Source: Octopus sinensis (Eukaryota). Taken from it: DNA of 64,000 bases. Below, one piece after another: positions 38,156 to 51,287 of the stretch (its first letter is position 1; each line of letters starts with the position of its first letter). A program made the translations under genes and the position numbers. The notes under the pieces are model-generated. The model was not told the origin of the DNA, did not search any database, and saw only the letters and a list, made by a program, of their open reading frames with translations. The DNA is taken from the NCBI RefSeq assembly GCF_006345805.1, contig NC_043006.1, positions 40,672,001 to 40,736,000 on the forward strand, in the 5' to 3' direction.

Positions 38156-38739
38156 TTGTTTTCCTATTCACTCTTGGCATTTTCACCACAGTTGCTCACT
38201 TTTTTAGCAAATTTATTGGAAGACAGCACATCACCCTTCACTTTTCATTATTCTTTCTAAGAGGATCTTGAAGGAAGTTATTGAGGATTTGACTGATGAG
38301 GCAAAGTAAGTGTTTTTAGTCCCTTCAGCCTCATTCACCACAACCTAAATTTCTCCTTAACCACAATACAAATTTCTGATGTAGATGCAAGGCCAGAAAT
38401 TTAGGGAAACTATATAGGCGATTACATTGATCCCCAGTATTTTACTGGTACTGTATTCCACTGATCTCATAAGGTTGAAAGGCAAAATTGATTGCAGTAT
38501 AATTTGAAGTCAGAATGTAAATGATGTAATAAGAAAGTTGTTGCACTACAGAATGCTTTCGTGTGTTACTGGCATGAGCGCTTTCTACATGGTACCAGCA
38601 CACAAGTGATTTTCTATGTGGCACCAGCATATGTGAGCCTGCAAGGGGAAGACCTTTGGCTAAGAGAGGGAGTGAGGGGCATAGCCATAAAAGAGATGCC
38701 TGTATGTATGGCATTAACACTTTCGATACCAGCCTGGCT

Positions 38740-39320
38740 GAAACCACCTCCATCTCTGTAGTACTAATGTCTTGTTTTCATAAGTTTTTTAATTAAAATC
38801 TTCCACCAAACCTTAGTCACAATTTATGTTCCTAACACTTGCTTAATGATAACTATGTTATTTTACTAAATTCTTTGTTATATTTAAAATTAATTGAAAG
38901 AAACACAGAGCACCTCAACGGAAATATGGTAACAAAAGGGTTAAAATATATAATAGAGAAACATATTCCTAACCCTTTTGATACTGGTTCTGTGGTACAA
39001 ATGTCTTGTTTTCAAATTAATTGAAAGAAACACAGAGCACCTCAACAGAAATATGGTAACAAAAGGGTTAAAATATATAATAGAGAAACAATATTCTTAA
39101 CCCTTTTGATACCAACCTGGCTGAAACTGGCTCTGTGGTACAAATGCCTGGTTTTCATGTTTTGAATTAAAATCTTCCACCAAACCTTAGTCACAATTTA
39201 AGTTCCTAACACCAGCTTAACGGTAACTAAGTTATTTTACTAAACTCTTTGTTATATTTAAAATTAATTGAAAGAAACACAGAGCATCCCAACAGAAATA
39301 CAGCAGCAAAAGGGTCAAAT
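38740..39320. mobile_element. Nested piggyBac-like MITEs (TTAA-CCCTTT...AAAGGG-TTAA)
   Basis: Repeated ttaacccttttg / caaaagggttaa termini; same family at ~10541-11030 and ~27560-27960. Confidence 0.6.
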
Positions 39321-39502
39321 GTAAAAATCTAAGACTGCCCTCCACATTCATTAACTTTGTTTCAATTAACTTATATTAGCTTAGGCACCATCACTGAAAT
39401 CTTAAGGATCTTGTCCTAATAATCTCATTTAACTCTCTGTAATGATGACGCTGACAAATATTAATTTGGTGGAATTTCTCTTGTAATAATTTAAATTTTT
39501 AC

Positions 39503-39618
39503 TTGTTGAGTTCCTTGTATTGTTTGGATTCAAACTCTGGGAAAAACACATCAACATCGAAGTCTGCATGTATTCTGGTGAGATAAAGTCGGATGTCGTA
39601 GTTTGATTCGAGAACTTC
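39503..39618 (-). CDS. DHFR: Dihydrofolate reductase exon 5
   Basis: 116 nt, encoding EVLESNYDIRLYLTRIHADFDVDVFFPEFESKQYKELN (LTRI...D.FFP motif). Confidence 0.95.
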
Positions 39619-41094
39619 CTAGAGAAAATGGAAAGCAAAAATATGAAGACATTTGTTATCATAGCCGACACATCTAAAGCACAACACTTTAAATTTAAGT
39701 GATGGATTATCGTCGATTATACTGACTGGTTCTTATTTTAATACAGAAGGATGCAAAGCAAAGTTAACCTATTTTTGCCACCCACTATTCCTCCATGGGC
39801 CTTGGGGGTATAGTCCTCAGGCACTGCCTCAATAGGGTTCTAAATATTAACATCCATTCATTTTTGCCACTCCCTATTTCTAGGTGGGCCTTGGGGGAAC
39901 CTATGACCTAAACCATTTAGCATACTGGCCAGCATTCAAGCAGGGTCATAGATTCTCAATATTCTGTGAGAACAGGGCTTCATTATGGCGAAATATCACC
40001 TTACTTGGAAACAAGAGTTGATGACAGGGAGGGCATCCAGCCATAGAAAATCTGTCTCAGGTGAACAACTGAACTCACGTTATTCAAGCATGGAAATCTG
40101 GACATTAAAAGGGGGATTTTACATGAATTTGATAATTTATCAGAGACAAGTTTTTACTTTGTTTTAGTCAGTAGACTGTGGCCATGCTGGGGCACCACCT
40201 TGAAGAATTTTTAGTCAAATGAATCAACCCCAGTACTTGATATTTTTTTTTAAAGCCTGGCACTTCTTCTAGTAGTCTCTTTTGCCTAACTGCTAGGTTA
40301 CTGGGATGTAAACCCACCAACACCAGTTGTCAAGCAGTGGTGAAAGACAAACAGACAGACTCACACACATACACATGGGTTTATATACAACTGGCACCCA
40401 TGCCGGTGGCGCATAAAAAACACCATTTGAGTATTGGGCATCATAGAGGCAATGTAGCCATTACTAGTGCCGCATAACTAGTACTCATGCTGGCGGCATG
40501 TCAAAAGCACATTTTGAGTGCTGGGCCACACGGAGGCAATGACAAATGACTGAGACCCTTGGTGATAAGCTGTGCTTGAGAAGGAGACCCAACAAGCCAA
40601 GTGAAATTGTAGTCGTTGCAGATATTGGTGTCATGCAAATGGCACCCATGCTGGTGGCACATAAAAGCACCCATTACACTCCTGGAGTGGTTGGCATTAG
40701 GAAGGGCATCCAGCTTTAGAAACCATGCCAAATCACACTGGAGTCTGATGCAGCCCCTCAGCTTACAAGCCCTGGTCAAACCATCCAACCCATGCCAGCA
40801 TGGACAAAAGATGTTAAATGATAATGATGATGATAATGAAATTCATTCACAGGGCTTTGGTCAGTCCAAGTCTATAATAGAAGATGCTTGCCTGGGGTGT
40901 CAAGCAGTGAGACTGAACCCGGAACCATGTGGTTGGGAAGCAAGCTTTTTACCACACAGCCATGCCTGATAACATTTTAAAGATGTTGGTAATCGGGAAC
41001 TGATATCAGTGCTGTACATCTGACTATCAGTTTAAGGCCATAAAGGTAACAAAGAAAGCAAAACAAGGAACTAAACCAAAGATCTGGAACTTAC

Positions 41095-41218
41095 TTGGTA
41101 CACTCCGCTGCCACCAATAATAAAAAGCTTGTTCACTTTATCTTTGATGGAACCATTTTGGAATAAATCGATAGCTTCTTTTAAATCTCTGGCAAGGTGA
41201 GCTCCTTCAGGAGCATTG
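41095..41218 (-). CDS. DHFR: Dihydrofolate reductase exon 4
   Basis: 124 nt, encoding NAPEGAHLARDLKEAIDLFQNGSIKDKVNKLFIIGGSGVYQ (IIGG..VY motif); GTAAGT donor. Confidence 0.95.
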
Positions 41219-41640
41219 CTAGAAGAATAATAAAAAGGGGAGAGAGAAAATGAAAGGTAAGATGCGAATAAATTTCTATAGGAAGTTTAGGGAAACAAGT
41301 TCTATACAAAATAAACCAAGTTTTCAGGAAACGGTTAAATCAACTTTTATTGTTTTATGGAGGGTTTTAGTCAAACAAATCGACCCTAGGAATTCTTTCA
41401 CTGAACCGTTAAGTTATGGCAATGTAAACACACAAACACCGGTTGTCAAGTGGTGATGGTGGTAGGGGGGCAAACAGACACACACACATACATATATATA
41501 TGATGGGCTTCTTTCAGTTTCCATCAACCAAATCCACTTACAAGGCTTTAGTCAACCCGAAGCTATAGAAGAAGACATTTGCCCAAGATGTCATGCAGTG
41601 GGACCGAACCTGAAACCATACGGCTGGAGAGCAAGCTTCT

Positions 41641-43623
41641 TTATTTTATAAAATTTGCCACGAGGGCAGTACATAGATAGAAGCAAGTGGACTGGACATA
41701 GACAGGATGAGACGAAATGGAACGAAATAATGCGGATGGGAAGGATATTGGTGCCCACCGACCGACAAACCCTCGAATACAAAGTTTCTTTATAACGATA
41801 TCAAACTTTCTTACAATTCTCTTTGTCAGGTCCCCCAAACTAAGTGACCTGCCGCCTGCAGACAACTCTGCATCGACAGGTCGGGGCCTGCAAAGAGGAA
41901 AGCAAATTCTTTCTTGTCAAAGGTCGCTGTGATCTTTGACAAAATTTCCTCAGTAACTGCTTCCGCAGCCACCTGCGAAGGCCATATCGGACAACTTGAG
42001 CAGACAGAGTAAACACGTTCTTGGTCACCCAAGCCGTCCAAAAATTCACTTACTGTCCCTTCCTTGTGATAAAAGAGGACAAACCTCCCCTCTTCACAGG
42101 AAGGGACCTCACACTGCTCCGTCAGTGGCACACTTCCCACTGACGGAGCCCTATCCGCAGGTGACACACATCCCACCTGCGGCTCCGTCGGCGACTCAGG
42201 AACATCAGCTGCCCGACCTCTGTTCCTCTTTCTTTTTGAGGCTGCTAGACCAGGGGGCTCCGTCGGCATACATGGGGGGTCACTATCCCCCTCCGCCGCC
42301 TGAGCATTCTTTGGTGAGCAACCATTGTTGCTCACCTGTCTTTTTCTTTTCATGGGGGCAACTTCCTCCACGACTTCCACCGCCTCCCCCTCCAATGAGG
42401 GGGTGGCGGGCACCTTTTCCTTCTCAATCTCCAGGGCACCACCACGGCCCCCGGGACAGTTCCTTTTGATATGGCCAGGCTCCAGGCACAGGTGACACTT
42501 GGGGGGGGGGGCGTCCCTCGAGTATCACCGGGCACCTGTACCCGGCCATTCTTAGGAAGTCTGGAAATACCATATCTCCCACGGCCACCGGGGTCCACAG
42601 GCTCAAAGTTGCCTTTGACCCCTCCCAGTCGACCGCGGGAGCAATCTTTGCACTCAACAGCCTGGGCCCGCTATCCCCCAGGCCTCGCCGGATGGTCTCC
42701 TTGATCCATCCCGCCTCCGTGCCCGGGGGCAGCCCGCATACCCAGGCTCTTTTTATCTTTCTTCAACAATACGTGGAGAAGAACAAAATTTCATCTCCCT
42801 CGAGGGGCTCGCTAGCAAATCTGCTAGCTTCCTTGGGGGTACCAAACAGCAACCACACCGTTGCAAATTTGGTCCCCCGAGAAATAAATTTTATAGTTGG
42901 CAGGCAGTCTGCCAACTCTCTTTCTATTGTGCTCTTGTTGAAGAGGGTGATGGCACCACGCGACCTAGAATAGGTTCGTAGTACCACCGTCCTCTTCCCA
43001 AGATCTTTAATCCACTGCTTGGGCGGGACAACCTCCCACTCCAAGGCAGTGGCTTCATTCTTCTTTGCCATGTGTAAAAAGTTCAAATAAACAAAGTTCA
43101 TGATAGATTTAAAAATGAGGAAGATACAAAAAAAAAGGGAAAGCACAACAGAAAGGAAGAAATCAAAAGAAAGTCACAATAAATAAAAAGGAGAAAGTCA
43201 AATAAGTTTAGAAGAAAGTCAATAATTCAGGAACACTGCAAAAAACCTAGGTTGAACCCGGAACGCCACTACTGGAACACAACTTCCACAAAAATTGGTA
43301 TAAAAATTGTTCAATCTTCGGAGGCAAAACACTCCCCCATACAGCAGTTCTCACAATTCTTAAAGTTCTTCAAAAGGCACAATACAAGCAATAATTCTCA
43401 CAATTACGTGAGAACACACACGTCTCCACTGCAAGGCAGACAAAAAGCTCCGAATCCAGTAAGGACTCCTTGCTAGTACAAAAAATAAAACCTACAAGCA
43501 ACAAATCCTACTGGACTCCAGAAGCAGAAAGTCTTACCTTACAGTAGAGCATCTTTTAATTCACCAGCTGCACCAGCGTGGTGACTGCAGTTCAATTTTC
43601 GCCAGCTGCAAATCAGCGTGGCG
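41641..43623 (-). mobile_element. ORF1-only L1/Tx1-like non-LTR element (HAL1-like), decayed
   Basis: An interrupted ORF (MAKKNEAT...; one stop, ~2 frameshifts) with a CCHC knuckle CHLCLEPGHIKRNC (42456-42497) ends at 41826. A short 3' UTR with AATAAA follows; there is no APE or RT. The element is inserted into a SINE. Confidence 0.7.
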
Positions 43624-44089
43624 ACACAGCCATGTCTGAGCTTGTTTGCCTATGAATCTTAAATTTTTGAGGAATTTTCAATTTAATAACATTGCTTGGA
43701 AACGGTACAAAAAAAAGGATCAACAATCCATCCTGAGCCATAGGCTCATAGGACTAGTTTCCTGGATTCTGTGGCATATATATCCCCTTACCTCACCCCA
43801 ACCCACATAAGGTGCAAATAACACACATTTACCATTTCTCCCTCTTCTAAAAAAATCTACATATACTGGTGCTGGTGCCACATCAAAAACACCTACACTG
43901 GCACTATGTGAATAGTAGCTGTGCTGGTGCTACACAAGATATGTCCATGTCTGCACCACATAAAAAGCACCTAGTACACTCTGTAAAGTGGTTGGTATTA
44001 GAAAGGGCATCCGGCTATAGAAACCATGCCAAAACAGATGGTGCAGTTCTACAGCTGGCCAGCCCCTATCAAACGGTCTAACCTATACA

Positions 44090-44368
44090 TTATTTACATT
44101 TGAGGGATATTTGTCCTCATCTTGTTTGTTGTTAACACGTTTCGGCTGATATACCCTCCAGCCTTCATCAAATGCCTCAGGGGAAATTTTTCGAACCTGG
44201 GTTCTCATTCCTAAGGTATTTTTTTATGTTATTATTATTATTATTCAGGTCATTGCCTGGAATTTAACTCGGAATCTTGGAGTTAGCAGCCCGTGCTCTT
44301 AACCATGTCATATGCCCATCAAATGTAAATAATGTACATAATTCCTTGTCTCTTAAATATAGAACTGT
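44090..44368. mobile_element. Family A copy in DHFR intron 3 (complete left arm, short right terminus)
   Basis: Minus-strand unit followed by ~50 nt of the opposite terminus. Confidence 0.65.
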
Positions 44369-44910
44369 CCAAGCTATGCCCAGCATGGATGAAAATGGAG
44401 TAAGCAGAATTCTTGTATCTTGTCCAAGAGAAACAACACAATAGGTGTCTTGATATATCATCATTTAATGTCCGCTATTCATGCTGGTATGGGTGGGATG
44501 GTTTGACAGGAGCTTGCACCAGACTCCTGTGACTGTTTTGGCAGGACTTTTACAGCTTAAGGTGGTGAGCTGGCAGAAACGTAAGCATGCTGGGTGAAAT
44601 GCTTAGCAGTATTTTATCTGACTTTACGTTCTGAGTTCAAATTCTGCCGAGGTCGACTTTGCCTTTCATCTTCCCAGGGTCAATAAATTAAGTACCAGTT
44701 GCATACTGGAGTCGATCTAATCGACTGCATCCAAAATTTCGGGCCTAGAGTAGAAAAGGATTTTTACAGCTGGATGCCCTTCCTAACACCAACCACTCAG
44801 TAGATGCATTAAAACTTTTTAAATGCAAAACAATGTGGCCAATAGTTGAGTCCTTTCACTTCACTAGGAGAGAGAGAGAGAGGGGGGGGGAAGAGGAAGA
44901 CAGATACTTA

Positions 44911-45072
<162 letters not shown>

Positions 45073-45934
45073 TCATCCGTTCACTAATTCATCTGTCTGC
45101 CAAGGAACTTAAATACAGAAGCTTCTAAACAATATTTGGTTAACAACCCCACCCCTGAATAATTGCATATATTATACAGAATTGGCAATACAAACAGATT
45201 GTAGAGACATTTTATTAATGTATAGGTGCTAGCGTGGCTGTGTGGTTAAGTAGCTCTTGTTTCCTAAACATATGGTTTTGGGATTAACACCTCATCATAT
45301 ATATATATAAATGAATTATCCTTTGTTTACTGTTAACATGGAAAATTCAATAAACAGTTACCAGGGTAGCAAAATTCACGCAAGTAACAAGGATGTAGTG
45401 ACCTATCCAAAGGTAGAAACTCCGGGTTAATGTGCAGTAATTTGTATAAGTCAACTCCATTTATTTACTTGCAAGGCTTTGGTCGACCTGAGGCTATAGT
45501 AGATGATACTTGACCAAGGTGCCACGCAGTAGGACTGGACACGGAACCATGTGGTTGGGAAGCAAGCTTCTTACCACACACATGTATGTGTGTATATGGA
45601 TTTGTGCATACTCTTGTCAAGACATCATATGATGATTGTAAATGAGCATCGTCATCTTGAGCAAGGTTGTTTGTATCCAGTCTACAGTGGAAAGCATATC
45701 TGGCCATGAGAAAATATTACCTTGCCTGAGAACAGGTGAGGGCTAGCAGCAGGAAGGGCATCTGGCCATAGAAATCTGCCTCAACAAATTCAGTCTGACC
45801 TATGCAAACATGGAAAATTGGAGGTTATTGGACAAGTATCTTCTACTACAACCTAGGGCTAACCAAGGCCTTGTAAGTGATGGGAACTACAAAACCCATG
45901 TTACACATCTCTCTCTCTACACACACATGTACAT

Positions 45935-45968
<34 letters not shown>

Positions 45969-47635
45969 GCACTATCATCATCATCAGCTGAACTAAACAA
46001 GATATTGGTTGCTGTCATTCTGCTGTCAATAAATTGTAAGGTGGCTCTACTCCTTCAAAGACAAGGAGAATGAAAACTTTCCTTACTTGAAAAACAGGTG
46101 AGGGTTAATGGCAGGAAGAACACCCAACCATAAAACAATGGTTTGATATGTATTCATCTAACCCATGCCAACATGTAAAATGAATGACTGATGTGTGTGT
46201 GTGTGTATGTGTGTCTGGAGGGTGTTTGGGATGAATTTGACAGTCTGCATAAAGGAAACAAAAACACAATATCCCATCCAAAAATTAAAGTATCTTAAAA
46301 AAAAAATCAAGACACCAACCTAGACTATAGATGGGATATAACTCAACTTTCACCATGGCTCATGTGTTCTTCAGAATCCTTAGGAAGCCAACAGCTTAGC
46401 CTTGCTGTTGCAGACAGAGGGGTTGGTCTCTTTCTCAGGTGTGCCCTACATATAATAATCTATGGGATTACAATGGGGAGGGGGGGAATGAGGAGGCCAG
46501 AAACTTGGGCTGATAAAGTTGTAGAAATTCGCCAACAACCACTTCTGACACTTTCAGAGGATATGGCAAGGCGCCAAATCCTGTGGCCACACATATGGCA
46601 TTTGAGCAGCAACCCTCTCCACCAGCTTCACATAGCTGCCTGAATTGAACCTAAGGCCCTGTTCATCAGTTTAACATTAAATTGAAGAATTACTCATTAC
46701 TTTTAGTAGGGTACATGCAGGGTGTGGCAGAATTAACACTCTTTTTAATTTAGTAATTTTTATAGTACAAAAGTTTGTTTTCTTTAATAAATTTTATTGT
46801 ATAAAAATTTATTACAGGAGTTAAAGAAACGAAAGAAAAAAAAACAATTAATGAAAATAAATTGCAGTAGTTTCATGAAATTTATAAAGTGTAGATGCAG
46901 GAGTGGCTGTGTGGAAAGTAGCTTGCTTACCAACCACATGGTTCCAGATTCAGTACCACTGCATGACACCTTGGGCAAGTGTCTTCTACTATAGCTGACC
47001 AAAGCCTTGTGGGTGGATTTGGTAAACAGAAACTGAAAGAAGCCTGTCGTATATATGTATGTGTAAATGTTTGTCCCCCCAACATCGCTTGACAACCGAT
47101 GCTGGTGTGTTTACGTCCCCGTAATAGAAATTGATAAAATAAATACAATTGCCTCACGGTGGCAATAACAGATCTTTGGCATTATGTTGTGCTTGAGAAG
47201 AAGACCCATCAAGCCCAGCAAAATTGCAGTCGTGATAGATATCAGCATCACACCTGTGCCGGAGGCATGTAAAAGTGCCCCGGTGTCATGCAAATGGAAT
47301 CCAATGCCAGTGGCATATAAAAGTGCCCATTACACACTTGGGGCAGTTGGTGTTACGAAAGGCATCCAGTGGTAGAAAACCACACCAAATTAGACTGGAG
47401 TCTGGTGCAACTTTCCAGCGTGCCAACTCTGGTCAAGCCGTCCAACCCATGCCAGCACGGGCAACAGACGTTAAATGATGATGAAACAAGTGTTGATAGA
47501 GTCAACTGGAACCTCTAGTATGGTGCCCTGCCAGTAAGGCTGTAGTTCTATAATCGAAAACAGCTAGGTAAAAAAGAAAGAAAAGAAAAGAAAAACAAAT
47601 GAAAAGCAAGCAAGAGAGAGAGAAAAAGCTCTAAC

Positions 47636-47685
47636 CTGGATCTTCTGACTTTTTAGTAATGAAGGAGAAGAAAGCCATCTCTTTC
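47636..47685 (-). CDS. DHFR: Dihydrofolate reductase exon 2
   Basis: 50 nt, encoding KEMAFFSFITKKSEDP with the catalytic Glu (human E30 equivalent). Polypyrimidine-AG acceptor and GT donor; phases 2 and 1 fit the neighbouring exons. Confidence 0.92.
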
Positions 47686-48013
47686 CTAAAAAAAGAAAAA
47701 AATGTGGAAAATGTTAAGGTTAGGAAAAGAATGGCAGCATTAACACAGACAGTGATGATAATGTTTAACCTTTTAGAATTTAAACAAGTCACACATGGTA
47801 TGAATAAATATTCTACTTCTTTCATGTTGAATCTAGCCAGAGCCAACCTATCATACATAGCCTACAATGTCATTCTAAAAATAAACAATGCAGGTGTAGA
47901 TGTGGCTGTGTGGTAAGAAGCTTGCTTCCTAATCACATGGTTCCAGGTTCAGTCCCGCTGTGTGGCACTATAGCCTTGAGTGGATTAGGTAGACGGAAAC
48001 AAGAAGAAACCTG

Positions 48014-48014
<1 letters not shown>

Positions 48015-48052
<38 letters not shown>

Positions 48053-48216
48053 CATGTATGTATATATATACATGTACGTATATATATATATATGTATACA
48101 TGTATGTGTATATATACATGTACGTATATATATATATATGTATACATGTATGTATGTATGTGTATATATATATGTATACATATATATATATATATGTATA
48201 CATGTATGTGTATATA

Positions 48217-48247
<31 letters not shown>

Positions 48248-48390
48248 CATGTATGTATATATATACATGTACGTATATATATATATATGTATACATGTAT
48301 GTGTATATATATATATGTATACATGTATGTATGTATGTATGTATGTATGTATGTGTATATATATACACACACACACACATATATATATTG
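48015..48390. repeat. Compound (TA)n/(TACATG) microsatellite inside a SINE
   Basis: Higher-order repetition of tatatatatgtatacatgtatgtg units. Confidence 0.85.
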
Positions 48391-49596
48391 GTGCGTGTGC
48401 GTGTCTATTTATCCCTCAGCCATCGCCTGACAATCAATGCTGGTGTGTTTATGACCCTGTAACTTAGCAGTACGGCAAAAGAGACCGACAGAAGTGCCAA
48501 GCTTACAAAGAGTAAGTCCTGGTGTTGATTTTTGTCGACTAACACCCTTTAAGCCGGTGCTCCAGCATGGCCACATTTCAATGACTGAAAGGAGTAAAAG
48601 TGTCTTCTACTATAGCCTCAGGCTGACCAAAGCCTTGTGAGTGGATTTGATAGACGGAAACTGAAAGAAGCCCGTCGAATATATGTACATATATATGTGT
48701 GTGTGTGTATGCTTGTGTATCTGTGTTTGTCCCCCCAACATCGCTTGAAAACCGATGCTGGTATGTTTACGTTTCCATAACTTAGCTGTTAGGCAAAAGA
48801 GAACGATATAATAAGTACTAGCTTTACAAAGAATAAGTCCTGGGTCAATTTGCTCGACTAAAAGGCGGTGCCCCAGCATGGGCGCAGTCGAATGACTGAA
48901 ACATATTTTTCTTCAGCCATAAGGCTGATTATCCGGTTTCCATCACATGACAGCTGAAGGGGACACTGGTCCATTACATGAACCCCAGTACTTTATACTT
49001 TATTTTACCGACCCCGAAAAAATGCAAGGCAAAATTGACCCGTTTTCGGCGTAACCCTAACACCTAAACACCGGGTGTGCGTATTCTTTACCTTCGCCAG
49101 TTGACCTTGGCGAAATTTGAATTCAAAATGGAAAGAGCCAGAAGAAATGCCGCTAAATATTTTGTCCGACGTGCTAACGGATCTGCAACTCACCCGCATT
49201 ATGGCGCGATTTACCCGGAACCAAATACGGCAATAGAAATTAAAAACCGATACGAAAAAGGCAAAAGGCGAAATTTACTGCGTTTCAGTATATAGGCTGC
49301 TGGAAGAATAGACCCGTATCATTTCTCGAAATTTTACTTAGAATAGATAAAACACATAACTGTATCGGAAATCTGAAAATTTCTCTCTCTCTGGACACAC
49401 ACACACATGCACACGGAGGCGAACACCATTCTTCATGTGATCGGCTTAGAAATTAAGACACTAGGATATTTTCCTACTTTTCTTAACTTGAAACTTATAG
49501 TAGCCTTAATTCACAAATAAAGAAAATAATATCCACCAATGCGGTTGTTGAGCACTCATTTCCATCGTTCGACATTACGTGTGTGTGTGTGTATGT

Positions 49597-49643
<47 letters not shown>

Positions 49644-51097
49644 CATACCACAGTGCCGGACGTAGAAGTTAGTGTCTTCACAGGTGGCATGATTCTAAAT
49701 ACGTTTTTGAAGAAACGAAGTATCAATTTGACAAAGAATTCATTCGAAATTCAAATGAGGTACTATTCTTTGAATACGTGTCTCAAAAAGGAAAAGGATA
49801 ACATGCAATGATTTTGAGATTCATTTTTTCCTTCTTTCATTTCTGTTGTTAAATTTTAGACTCAGTTGAATTGCACCATAAATAAAAAAAAAAGGTTTGT
49901 TTTTATTTAGGCAGAGTTTCAGATGTTTAGCGAGGGGTGGTGGTGCGAATGGGAATATGTATCATATATGATGCTTCTGGTGTCAGGAAAACAAATTCTG
50001 TGTATCAAGATACACAGGACAGGCAAAAAATTAGAAGAGAATACGTTGATTCTATGGTGGAGTTGGACGACATAAATAATGGGATGGTCACAACTGGAAT
50101 ATGGCTGATCACATGGTTCACTGTAGTTCATTTTAGCGACGAATTTGATTTGATGTTTTGACTACGAATTATAGCGATCAGGATTAGTATTAAATTTTTT
50201 AATCCATAAAAAAAAACCAAACGGAACCGCGTGGGGGTGTGATTGTAAAAATTTACCAAAATAATTTAATTCATAATACATTAAATAATTTCGTTGTTAT
50301 GAAATCGTCCGAAAATAACAAGACTTCTACTGATAACATTTCCGATAAAAATGATAGAAAAAGATAGCTTCAAGAATATATTCTTTCTAACTAAATCTGT
50401 GACGTCGTTGGACAGAATAACGTTTATTGAGAAGTATACAAATTGCATAAATGGCGGAGTTTCTACATAATATCATTTATACATATATATATATATATAT
50501 ACTTACTTTAATCTCCAAGGTATTTTGTTCTTACAACCGATGCCTCTGTTCTTACACATAGCCACAATCATATTCAGTTTAATGCCATTCATCGTGCTAT
50601 GAACACCATTCGTTTCAGCCATTTTAAAGAGCGCGCAATGTTAGTGCTTTTCTTGTATATTTTTTTTCTCGCCCTTTCACTTCGTAACAGTTTCTCTTTG
50701 AATGTATAAATGTGTATGCATAAACGTGTGTTTATGTATGTGTGTGTGTATGTGTCATGCTGTCCCTGAATTCGCGCCATTTTCGTTGTCTACTTATAAA
50801 CAAGTATTTTTCTTTGTCTTTCTTTAAAAGAGTTTATGTCAAGGTAAGTGACTCTATTTTCCTATGTAAAGAGTTACGCCCCTTATGCAACCTGTTTGCT
50901 TCTAGCTTCTCTTATCAATTTAGATAGATATATTCCAGTTGTATTTAATCTCAGTTCAACAATAAAATCAGAGGCATTCCAGCCGTGACCATCACATCTT
51001 TTTGTAAGCACAACTACAGCTTTGTGCTCCCACGATGTTGTTTCTTCGTAACTTTTTGAAAAAGTATATTCTTTGAAGGAAATGTTGGAGTTGTGTC

Positions 51098-51287
51098 TGG
51101 GGAGATTCATTCTCTTTTAGTGCCTTATAATTCAACACACTCACCGGTAAAATTTCCACTCATTTACTTGTTTAATTTTCTAAAATTTTCGTCGCGTCTT
51201 GCAGGAAAAAGAAGCAATTAAATGAGTGGAAATTTTACCGGTGAGTGTGTTAAATTATAAGGCACTAAATGAGAATGACTCTCCCCA
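51098..51287. mobile_element. 190-bp MITE with ~70-bp imperfect TIRs
   Basis: tggggagattcattctcttttagtgccttataattcaacacactcaccggtaaaatttccactcattta and its reverse complement. Confidence 0.7.

Noticed and set aside
47910-48467. Long Y/I/M/C/V-rich ORFs (also at 55032-55840, 56300-56837 and 57308-57674)
   Set aside because: Translations of (TA)n/(TG)n microsatellites, not genes.
50883-51110. 75-aa minus-strand ORF containing GIY
   Set aside because: Lacks the YIG and other GIY-YIG motifs, and begins inside a MITE.
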